A stretch of DNA of 62,881 bases, from NCBI GenBank assembly GCA_043821725.1, contig JBDRCM010000012.1:1-62881 (forward strand), given 5' to 3'. The notes beneath the pieces were generated by a model. It made no database searches. It was given only the letters and a program-made list of their open reading frames with translations, and was not told the DNA's origin. Origin of the DNA: a bacterium. Its GTDB lineage: Bacteria; Patescibacteriota; Patescibacteriia; Magasanikbacterales; GWA2-37-8. Position 1 is the first letter of the stretch. Each line of letters begins with the position of its first letter. Shown here one piece after another: positions 54,510 to 62,881 of this stretch. The translations under genes and the position numbers were made by a program.

Positions 54510-57500
54510 ATGCTTTTAAAATATAAAAAAATCGTGTTAAGCGGGTTGCTCGGTTTTTTTGTTATTGCCACACTGGCTGGATCAGTGCTTTTTTGGATTA
54601 GGCCGTCAAAGGCATTTCCTGTTGAAATAACAGCTGATCTTCCAAATGTGACGGATAAAATTTTGGATCAAGTTAAGCAAGGGCTTGAAGTGGCGGTTAT
54701 GAACGCAGCAATTGAGATGCTTTCATATTTTACCCGCAAGGTTGCCTATGATTCAGCCGTATGGCTTGCGGCCGGCGGAAAAGGTGAAAGCGCTTTGATT
54801 TTTCAAGATGGATTTGATGAATATTTGTCAGATACGGTAGATGAAGCTGCTGGTAAAGCCATTGAAGAGCTTGGAAAGCCGTTTGGATTGAATTTGTGCA
54901 ATATACCTGATGTTAATATTGACTTGGCTTTTAGGGTTGGCTTGCAGAAAAAATATAATCCTGTTTCCAAGCCGGCTTGCACGTTTAATAAATTCAAAGA
55001 AAATTGGAGCGCTGATAATTTTAATTCAAAATATTCAGGTCAAGCCCTTGAAGACAGATTTAACGCATCAATTAGCGCTGATGACAGCGATCTTGGTTTG
55101 TATCTTTCCGCAACAGACAAAATAGATAACTTAATTTCTCAAAAAAATGCGGCTGCAACCTTGGAGCGCCAGGAAGGCGGAGGAGTGAAAGGAATTGAAA
55201 AAGTGATTTCTGGCGACATTTTAACTCCGGCTCAGGTTGTGCAGGAAGAAACAAAGAAATTGGGGCCAAGCAAACAACAAGAATCATCTGAAGGGAAAGT
55301 GGGCAGTATAATGGGCGCTGGCTTATTTGAAGTTATTCCTTCAACTTTATCAACATTTTTAAATACTTTTCTTGGAGAAATGATGAACAACTTCCTTACC
55401 AAGGGAATGTTGCCGTTTGGAATCGGATATGATGATGGAAGTGGTTATTCCTCAACTGTAATGTCTTATGGAGCCGCAGGAACGGTTGGAAATAGAAGGT
55501 CTGCGGAAAAAATATTCGGCGAACTTTTAATGCCAAAGCCAAAAGCAATTGACAGATACAATATAATTACGCAGTTCAACAGTTGCCCTTCTTCTCCGGG
55601 TCAGGACAACTGCATAATGGATGAACAGCTTGTTGCCGCAGTGCAGGAAGAGCGATATGGAAAGCCGATTACAATAGGAGAAGCTATGGATAAAAATTGG
55701 TTGAAAGGAAAGTATAAGCTTGTTCCGCCGGTAAATACAACTGACAATACTGATAAAACATGCTATCAGCGTGCTTACTGCTATTCAAATATAGTTAAGA
55801 TGAGAAAGGCCGGCATACTTCCTCTAGGGTTTGAAATTGCTGCTCTTAACAGCAATCCTGATACCCCTTGGACTTTGGAGCAGGTTGTAAAGGGGTTTAC
55901 TGATTGCAATTTTGCGGGTGATGGTATAACGGTAATTGATGACCCTGTTAACAAACCGTTTTGCCATTTGATTGATCCAAATTGGGTGCTTAAGGCGCCT
56001 CTTTCAAGATGCAATGCAATGGCATATACAAATAATCTGCTTTCATCAGCAGGCCCTGACAGGCAGGAAGAATGCGTTGATATGTCAAGTTGCGTTGGAT
56101 TTGACTCAAAAGGCAATTGCATTGCTTACGGATACTGCACACGCTATCAAAACACATGGCGCTTTGATGCTGACAAATGTTCAGAGCAGTTTGATTCGTG
56201 CGTTTCTTTTAAGGACAGCAGTAACCAAAATGTAAGTTATCTTTACAGAACTTTAGAAACTTATGGATGCAATGAAAAAAATATTGGCTGTTCATCCTAT
56301 TCTCTAAGGCAGGATTCAAACGGCAAATGGATGGAATACTCAAATAGCGAGCTTGAGGATCTTAGAAAAGGATATGTTGACAATTTGTCTGTAATACATT
56401 TTAACAAAAATGTTTCGCAGAGCTGTACAGGAAGCAATTCTGCCGGTTGTTCCGCGTTTAGAATCAATCCTCTTCCATCGCGCGGAAAAAATCTATTTTT
56501 GTATTTGACTAAAGCGCCTGACTACTTAAACTGCTATGACGCTGACAATTCCAAACAAGGAGTTCAATGGCCGAATGTAAAAGCTGATTTTGTCCGCCTT
56601 AATCCAGCAAAGGACTGTTCAAACTATGCAAGTCCGTGCATACCTGATGAAGTCAATTGCGATCTATATTCTGAAGTCAATGGCTCATCAGTGGATATTC
56701 CGGGAAAATACAAGCCAGCTGAAATTAAAATAGATTCTCAAACATCTGTTGCAATAAAAGTATGGAATGATGAATGCGACGCATCATGCGTTGGGTATGA
56801 TTCGTATAAAGAAATGGATAGTAATTATTCCAATGGCGTTGATTTGGCATATATTATTCCAACAACCTTGGCATCTTGTTCATCAAAGGAAGATGGATGC
56901 TCCAGCTTTACAAATTTGAGTACAACAACTGCCGGTCTTGAAAAAGTAGAATATTATACTTATGTAAGGCCGTGCATTAAGCCGGATAAAAATAAACAAA
57001 AAGTTTTTTATACCTATGAAGGGTCTTCTCAAGGAGGATACCAATTAAAGGTCTATACTTTAGAGCAGGCAAGCGATGGTAGTCCACAGCAGTTCTACCG
57101 CACATTGGCTGAAAAGCAATTACTGGATCAGACATGCACTGTTGACCTTTACAAAGCAGGCAAAGCTCCGGCTGATTGCAGGCAGTTTAATGATGATCAA
57201 GGAAAAGTTTTTTACAAGCATCGTTCAAGAACAATCATAGTTGATAATGCGTGCGTTGATTTTCGGTTGAATGATACAGAATTGTATAGAGAAACAACAT
57301 ACGATAATAATCAAGCCGGATGCGAGGCACAGAATGGGCAGTACAAAAACAATCAATGCTATTTGTGTTTTCAACAAGGTAAATTTGACAATGGAAGTTG
57401 CTTTTATCAAGGACTACCGTCTGGGGTTTTAAACAATGCAGGCAACAGTATTGCTTGCGACTCTTCAGTAAAGTCATGCAGGGGCTATAAAGGAAATAAC

Positions 57501-60500
57501 GCAAACACAGTACGAAATGTATCGCTTAATTCAGCGAACGCCACATCATTGAATTTTGAGGACAGTTCAACCACGCTTGCTTTGGAAAATTGGAAAGACA
57601 ACTTAACTTTTGGCCAGCTTGCTGTTTCAGCTGAAGCAACCTATGTTGGCGGGCATTCTCTTTCATATAGCACTCCATCCAGCAGAGGATCGTTTGCAAA
57701 AAATGATCTTTCAATGTATCCAAATTGGAGCTATACAATCTCGTTTTGGGCAAAAGCAAATACCAACCGCACTGTGAGCGTGGAAATGAAGAACGATGCA
57801 AATGTAATTTTAGGTAATGTCACTCTTACAACCGATTGGAATCTCTATAAGCTAGGACCTATTGCTCTTAAAGGCACAACAACCTCAACACAATTAATTT
57901 TTTCTTACGGAGATCCAAGCAATACAGGCACTACAATATATTTGGATAACTTAAATATAATTGAAGTAATAGGGCAAGTATATTTGGTAAAGGAAAAGCT
58001 TAACGTTCCTATGGCATGCGACAGTGTTCAAACTGACAATCTTCCGGGAGAGGGGCTTGGATGCACTGCTTATAAAAATCTGCGCAATAACACAGTATAT
58101 TTAACCGGCTTTTCCAACTTGTGTAGGGAAGGCGCAATTGGGTGCACTGCTTTGTATGACACATTCAATACGCCTGAAGATCCATATCCTTCAGTACATA
58201 ATGTATGGATGGATGCGAAAGGAGCCAGTCCAATTGACTTAACACTAACATTACCTGGAAATTTTTCAGCAAAATGTTCAGTGGCAAAAGACGCTAAGGG
58301 ATGTTATGTTGACGTAAGTAGTTATTCTTATAGTGGCACAGATTTGATTGATGATATATTAAAAGCAGGAGGTGCGCTTACCACTTCATCTGTATATATT
58401 GCGCCTGACACGCCATCATCAACACCTATTTATTTGATTGCAAATAAAAGCGCCACATGCAACGAGCTTGATCTTGGGTGCGTTTATGCTGGGAAAAAGC
58501 AATTAACTCCATCAGGCGCCACTTTTACCACCGGCTTGATTAAGAATGATCCTTCATCATATTCAAAATCGCTTTGCACTAATGAAGAAGTTGGATGCAA
58601 TTCATACAGTTCAGAACAGGGCAACATATATTTTAAAGATCCTTTAATAACAGGCCAGCAAGTTTGCAAATATCTTACAGATGTTTCAATTAGCGGGAAG
58701 AAGTATTCCGGATGGTTCTGGCAGGGAGTTGGAGCATGCGTAAATACATCAACTGCGTCAGCAAGCTCCAACAAAATATGCTCAATTGATAAGGATTGCA
58801 ATACAGGAGAGACATGCCAGAACAAGGACAAACAGCCGTGCTATCCTGACTATTTACAGGCAAATAATATGTATGGGTTGTGGTCTTATGGCAACAAGGA
58901 TAAATACAAGGGGTTTGTTGGGTCATGTCCGGCTGACCAAAACGGATGCACAGGATTCAGGGATCCAAATGACAATGACAAAACATATTATCTTTTGAAT
59001 AATACTAAAATAACAACGGCTAAGGCGGCGTGCACTGAAGGAGCAAGTTTGGAAAAGGGGTGTGTGCTTTTTGATCAAACATCAATTACAGCAATGAATT
59101 GGAACGCAAAGCTTACCTATGACTTAAGCGCGAAAAATAAATATGATTATGTAAAGCCAGTTTCAAGTTCAACAATAAACAATACAAATATAGTGATGAA
59201 AGTTGTGCGGGATAGAGAATGCGGGGAGTGGATTCAGTGCAGTAAATCACAGAGATATTGGAATTCAATTGAAAGCAAGTTTAAAGAAACATGCGATGTT
59301 GTTGGAAGATGCAATAAAGTTGATCCGTCAGTTGATAAGTCAGATATGACCAACTGTGGGAATTGGATTGAAAATAATCATGCTTATGCCAATAAAACAC
59401 TTGAAGCAACTGACTATCGTTCAAGGCCTGTTGATTGGGCAAGTATGGATTTTAGCGGATACAGCATTCTGGGGATGTATCCATTGGAGGAGCTGGAGCA
59501 GATAAATCTTGGTAATTCAAAAATTCCTGATTGGCGCCTTGTAAAGGTCATTAAAGACCCCAATGATAAGTGCGAGCTGAAGAACACGCTTGATGCAACA
59601 TTATGCGGTAATTATAATGAGGGGATATGTTATAACAAAATTTGTCTTCAAACACCATTTGGCACAAAAAAAGATGTATCGGATATAACAAATTTGTCGC
59701 CTGCGCATGAATGCAGGGCATATCCTGAAAAAAATGCTCCATTTCCAAATACTGAAGCCACGCAAAAATCACAGTCATATGCTAATGCTAACTTTTGCTC
59801 TGAAAATCCTCTGCCAAGCTCTATTAGAAGCATTTATAACGCATGCGAATGCGACTATGCAAAAGTGCAGTATGGAGACAATGCAACGACATATTGGAAC
59901 TATTATAATCCAAATTCAAGCGGGGATTTGGTTTGGTATAACAGTATATTTGGTCTAGATATGAATGCTCCAAAAGGAGTGCCCATAGGGGTTTGTTATG
60001 GTACAAAAGGACTAATATACGATGGAAATTATTGCACAATGGATGCAGATTGCAAAAAGCTAAGTAGCAGTGATCCGGGCCAGTGCTTGTTTGCCAGGCA
60101 AGAAGATAAGTTCGTTGGCTGGCGTGGATTCTGTTTGGAACATGACACTTCGCGGTCTTTGAACGCACAACAGCGTCTAAATCCGTGCTTAACTTGGTAT
60201 CCTGTTGACAATATTACAGGGGCTATTGATATAACATCAAATCCCGAAGCAGGATATCAAGTAAAACAGTATGGCGCGTATTATTGCGCCAATGCTGTTG
60301 GAAATTATCGTTTCTATAGCGATGATTATGAAAAAGTTTATAAACTGCTTGTTCAGGAATTGAAAGATATTGACGCGCACTGTTATAGTCATTCTGCTTA
60401 CTCCTATCCAGTATACTGCAATGGATATCAGTCTGGCGGTTATTGCCATCATGATGAAAGTAAGTATTTATATAAGTGCTATGATGTAAAAATAGAAACA

Positions 60501-62881
60501 ATAGAAAAATACCAAAAAATATTTGGAGGATTAAAAGGGAATAATAAAATTTCAGGAGACGAAGATGGGACGCAATTTCCTCTGGTCAGTGCTTCAATCA
60601 GCCCACCACCGCCCACACCTCCATATTTTTATGATTTTCCTTATCTGGTAACTCTTACGCCAAAAGCTACTCAAGATAATGATTCAAAATACATGAGACC
60701 TAAGAACAAGAGCTTCTTTTATCTTGAAGGCCTGTATTGGAGCGAAGATGCCTATGTTAATTATTATTTAGCGGACAAGGTGAACAATCAAAGGCCAACA
60801 AATACTGGAGGATTGCAGGTGGGCCATGCTAAAACCACACAACCGTTCATGGACCAATATTTTCATCAATATAGTCCAAAAAATGGTAGTAATTATATAA
60901 AATTAGAATACGATCCTTACCGTACAAGCTATCTACCTGCAAATAGCAATCCATTAGACTCGAACCACCCTATTTATTTAGATGATATTGACATGGTTCG
61001 TATCAGAGTCGGTTCCTGTGTTAAACCGGATATCACCAGTGCAAATAGCGGTCAAAAATGTGTTGATGAGGATTATACAGTGCAGGCCGGCGATTACTAT
61101 ATTAGAAATAGTAGATTAGTGAATAATAATTATGAGGATGTAATTACATGGTATGGTGCAGGTTATGGAGATAAAAATTATAATAATAATAAACCGGGCT
61201 GTGTTGTTGTTACTGGAAGAGAATTTTTAAATTCAAACACTGGCAAGAATGAACGGATACAAGTGGAACCATGCTTGCAAGAATCAACTAATGGGGTATT
61301 TGGCGGTGAAAAGTGGTTGATAGCAAATAATGGAGATACTTATGGAGCGAATAATGATCCTGTTGGTCCAATGATAGCAGAAAGTAGGATTATCAGGAAT
61401 ACAGGATTAAAAGGAAATGAAACAGTTATGCGTTTTATGTTTGATAATAAGAGGTATGTTAGTTTATCCGGAACAGCTGAATATCCGGTTCGGTATATTG
61501 AAAATCGTAATGGCTTTTTTAATCAATATGGAGATAATTTGCGCACAAAGTCAAAAGACGGCGTGGATGATAAGAGCACAGATGAAATGTGTGATAATGG
61601 CGATGAGTCAGGTCAAGATTCATTGGAAGTTATGATCGTGTTTGATTCTCTAGGCAAGTTAACCAAAATATTGGTTGCTTATTGTAGCGCCGGAACAGGT
61701 AACGATGACGAACCATCTCTTCAAAATATACATATAGATGCCATATTGAAAGAAAATTGTAATTTAATAGCTGATGTTGCAAGCAATAATATGAATGTTG
61801 CATATACTGACAATTTGTGGAAGACAGGAATTAAAGCGTTTACTTATGATAAAACTACACCGGCTATTCCATTTGGATCTTTGGATATAACAGAAAATCC
61901 TACAAGCAAGAAATATACATTAGATGATATGGGTTTGTTTATACAGGATTCACCTTTTGTGTCGCCAAAATATAATAGAAAACCGACAAGGATTGGAGCT
62001 CCTTATGGTTGTGAAAAAGATTGCGGAGGTATCCTTGCTTATAATGAAACAAAATTGAATTTTGAACAAAAATCTGAAGTGAACAAAGATGGATATCAAT
62101 TAGGACGCGAGAATATAGGAGCGAATTTATTTGCGAAAAGCAACAGCATGTTCTATTATAATAGGTCTTTATCGTCGTTTACAGAGATAAAAAGTATTGG
62201 TGATCTTAAGGTCAACCAACAGGGAAATTCCAACTTCAATTATACCGAAGGCCCAAATTCCACTCAACCTATTTATTGGACTGCCCCGCGCGTTCGCTCT
62301 GTTGATATTAACAATTGTTCATCTGTTGGAACTTGCCTTGAAGGAAAAGACGATACAATAACTATAAATAATCAAAGCGGGGGCGATATTGTATTAACCA
62401 AATATCCTGCAAAAGCAACCATGAAATTTTATATGCTTGCCGACAAAAATCACATGCCAATTAAGAAAGTAACAGTTGATTGGGGAGATAATAGTGGCAA
62501 AGTTATAAAGGGCGATGGAATAACATCAAGCTATCGCAATCATAGGGGATTGACTGATGCTGTATGCAAAAAACCTCAAATTGCTACAGATAAAGTATGC
62601 TTTGTAAAATCAGATGACTGGAGTGTAAGCCAAGGCGCTTATGAAACTAAAATGACCACCCAGAAATGTAATTCAGACGCTGATTGCAAATTATTGGATA
62701 TATGCAAAATGGAAAGCAAAGCTCTTAACTGGGGTGAAATAATTGATAGAGCATGCAATGCAAGCTATATACAATTCACAGGCACATATAATTGCAAGGC
62801 AGACAGCAAAAATAAATATTATCACAGTGATTCAATGGACTGCGGTCTTGACACAGCCACTCAATCAGAATTTCCTGATGG
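54510..62881 (+). CDS. giant cysteine-rich surface protein, 5' part only (more than 2,790 codons, open at the window end)
   Basis: Hand translation from ATG 54510 found no stop codon up to the window edge. N-terminal anchor MLLKYKKIVLSGLLGFFVIATLAGSVLFWI. It is absent from the ORF track, presumably because no stop lies within the window. All annotated ORFs in these 8.4 kb are short and out of frame. Confidence 0.85.
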   Translation, partial: MLLKYKKIVLSGLLGFFVIATLAGSVLFWIRPSKAFPVEITADLPNVTDKILDQVKQGLEVAVMNAAIEMLSYFTRKVAYDSAVWLAAGGKGESALIFQDGFDEYLSDTVDEAAGKAIEELGKPFGLNLCNIPDVNIDLAFRVGLQKKYNPVSKPACTFNKFKENWSADNFNSKYSGQALEDRFNASISADDSDLGLYLSATDKIDNLISQKNAAATLERQEGGGVKGIEKVISGDILTPAQVVQEETKKLGPSKQQESSEGKVGSIMGAGLFEVIPSTLSTFLNTFLGEMMNNFLTKGMLPFGIGYDDGSGYSSTVMSYGAAGTVGNRRSAEKIFGELLMPKPKAIDRYNIITQFNSCPSSPGQDNCIMDEQLVAAVQEERYGKPITIGEAMDKNWLKGKYKLVPPVNTTDNTDKTCYQRAYCYSNIVKMRKAGILPLGFEIAALNSNPDTPWTLEQVVKGFTDCNFAGDGITVIDDPVNKPFCHLIDPNWVLKAPLSRCNAMAYTNNLLSSAGPDRQEECVDMSSCVGFDSKGNCIAYGYCTRYQNTWRFDADKCSEQFDSCVSFKDSSNQNVSYLYRTLETYGCNEKNIGCSSYSLRQDSNGKWMEYSNSELEDLRKGYVDNLSVIHFNKNVSQSCTGSNSAGCSAFRINPLPSRGKNLFLYLTKAPDYLNCYDADNSKQGVQWPNVKADFVRLNPAKDCSNYASPCIPDEVNCDLYSEVNGSSVDIPGKYKPAEIKIDSQTSVAIKVWNDECDASCVGYDSYKEMDSNYSNGVDLAYIIPTTLASCSSKEDGCSSFTNLSTTTAGLEKVEYYTYVRPCIKPDKNKQKVFYTYEGSSQGGYQLKVYTLEQASDGSPQQFYRTLAEKQLLDQTCTVDLYKAGKAPADCRQFNDDQGKVFYKHRSRTIIVDNACVDFRLNDTELYRETTYDNNQAGCEAQNGQYKNNQCYLCFQQGKFDNGSCFYQGLPSGVLNNAGNSIACDSSVKSCRGYKGNNANTVRNVSLNSANATSLNFEDSSTTLALENWKDNLTFGQLAVSAEATYVGGHSLSYSTPSSRGSFAKNDLSMYPNWSYTISFWAKANTNRTVSVEMKNDANVILGNVTLTTDWNLYKLGPIALKGTTTSTQLIFSYGDPSNTGTTIYLDNLNIIEVIGQVYLVKEKLNVPMACDSVQTDNLPGEGLGCTAYKNLRNNTVYLTGFSNLCREGAIGCTALYDTFNTPEDPYPSVHNVWMDAKGASPIDLTLTLPGNFSAKCSVAKDAKGCYVDVSSYSYSGTDLIDDILKAGGALTTSSVYIAPDTPSSTPIYLIANKSATCNELDLGCVYAGKKQLTPSGATFTTGLIKNDPSSYSKSLCTNEEVGCNSYSSEQGNIYFKDPLITGQQVCKYLTDVSISGKKYSGWFWQGVGACVNTSTASASSNKICSIDKDCNTGETCQNKDKQPCYPDYLQANNMYGLWSYGNKDKYKGFVGSCPADQNGCTGFRDPNDNDKTYYLLNNTKITTAKAACTEGASLEKGCVLFDQTSITAMNWNAKLTYDLSAKNKYDYVKPVSSSTINNTNIVMKVVRDRECGEWIQCSKSQRYWNSIESKFKETCDVVGRCNKVDPSVDKSDMTNCGNWIENNHAYANKTLEATDYRSRPVDWASMDFSGYSILGMYPLEELEQINLGNSKIPDWRLVKVIKDPNDKCELKNTLDATLCGNYNEGICYNKICLQTPFGTKKDVSDITNLSPAHECRAYPEKNAPFPNTEATQKSQSYANANFCSENPLPSSIRSIYNACECDYAKVQYGDNATTYWNYYNPNSSGDLVWYNSIFGLDMNAPKGVPIGVCYGTKGLIYDGNYCTMDADCKKLSSSDPGQCLFARQEDKFVGWRGFCLEHDTSRSLNAQQRLNPCLTWYPVDNITGAIDITSNPEAGYQVKQYGAYYCANAVGNYRFYSDDYEKVYKLLVQELKDIDAHCYSHSAYSYPVYCNGYQSGGYCHHDESKYLYKCYDVKIETIEKYQKIFGGLKGNNKISGDEDGTQFPLVSASISPPPPTPPYFYDFPYLVTLTPKATQDNDSKYMRPKNKSFFYLEGLYWSEDAYVNYYLADKVNNQRPTNTGGLQVGHAKTTQPFMDQYFHQYSPKNGSNYIKLEYDPYRTSYLPANSNPLDSNHPIYLDDIDMVRIRVGSCVKPDITSANSGQKCVDEDYTVQAGDYYIRNSRLVNNNYEDVITWYGAGYGDKNYNNNKPGCVVVTGREFLNSNTGKNERIQVEPCLQESTNGVFGGEKWLIANNGDTYGANNDPVGPMIAESRIIRNTGLKGNETVMRFMFDNKRYVSLSGTAEYPVRYIENRNGFFNQYGDNLRTKSKDGVDDKSTDEMCDNGDESGQDSLEVMIVFDSLGKLTKILVAYCSAGTGNDDEPSLQNIHIDAILKENCNLIADVASNNMNVAYTDNLWKTGIKAFTYDKTTPAIPFGSLDITENPTSKKYTLDDMGLFIQDSPFVSPKYNRKPTRIGAPYGCEKDCGGILAYNETKLNFEQKSEVNKDGYQLGRENIGANLFAKSNSMFYYNRSLSSFTEIKSIGDLKVNQQGNSNFNYTEGPNSTQPIYWTAPRVRSVDINNCSSVGTCLEGKDDTITINNQSGGDIVLTKYPAKATMKFYMLADKNHMPIKKVTVDWGDNSGKVIKGDGITSSYRNHRGLTDAVCKKPQIATDKVCFVKSDDWSVSQGAYETKMTTQKCNSDADCKLLDICKMESKALNWGEIIDRACNASYIQFTGTYNCKADSKNKYYHSDSMDCGLDTATQSEFPD

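Noticed and set aside
54510-62881. The absence of a called ORF here might indicate stop-codon reassignment (for example UGA as Gly in some CPR lineages)
   Set aside because: The frame from 54510 has no stop of any kind under the standard code. All housekeeping genes in the window are intact with the standard code, and RF2 (which reads UGA) is encoded at 50132-51205. The omission is an edge effect of the ORF caller.

Overview
This is a 62.9-kb, AT-rich, densely coding bacterial window that reads correctly in the standard genetic code. RF2 is present and the housekeeping ORFs are intact.

Most of the content is core machinery: recG, clpC, a phosphohexomutase, htpX-lemA, rseP, pheST, dnaE, prs, tsaD, tRNA-Met(CAU), tRNA-Glu(UUC), hup, rny, infB, trxA, an IMPase, leuS, comEC in two pieces, nusA, yidC, groESL with a CIRCE operator, prfB, tsaC and rsmA. 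Alongside these are envelope and surface genes: a Cys-rich lytic transglycosylase with a DsbA-like partner, a PD40 propeller, an O-antigen-ligase-like protein and a DUF4015-like hydrolase. The gene content and style fit a small-genome, Patescibacteria/CPR-like organism; that placement is inference.

Observations most worth follow-up:
1. An open-ended ORF of more than 2,790 codons runs from 54510 to the window edge and is missing from the supplied ORF track. It encodes a membrane-anchored, very cysteine-rich surface protein, and a small thrombospondin-type-3 (Ca-binding) repeat protein sits just upstream.
2. leuS carries a 196-aa in-frame insertion that looks like a complete YdeN/RBBP9-type alpha/beta serine hydrolase, with an intact Ser-Asp-His set.
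3. A MITE-like palindromic element family (termini GGGTCTGTCGCCAAAT / ATTTGGCGACAGACCC) has one 235-bp copy and several 53-60-nt deletion derivatives. Two copies have perfect 5-bp flanking duplications, and several sit in 5' UTRs.
4. An unannotated operon of four tiny, translationally coupled ORFs lies downstream of groEL. Three of them are single-pass membrane peptides.
5. A homologous leader element of about 80 nt lies upstream of both prfB and the first ORF. In the latter copy it is expanded into a 24-bp tandem array.
6. A compositionally atypical islet lies between the two tRNA genes.

All calls come from reading the sequence and from motif recognition; no database search was run.
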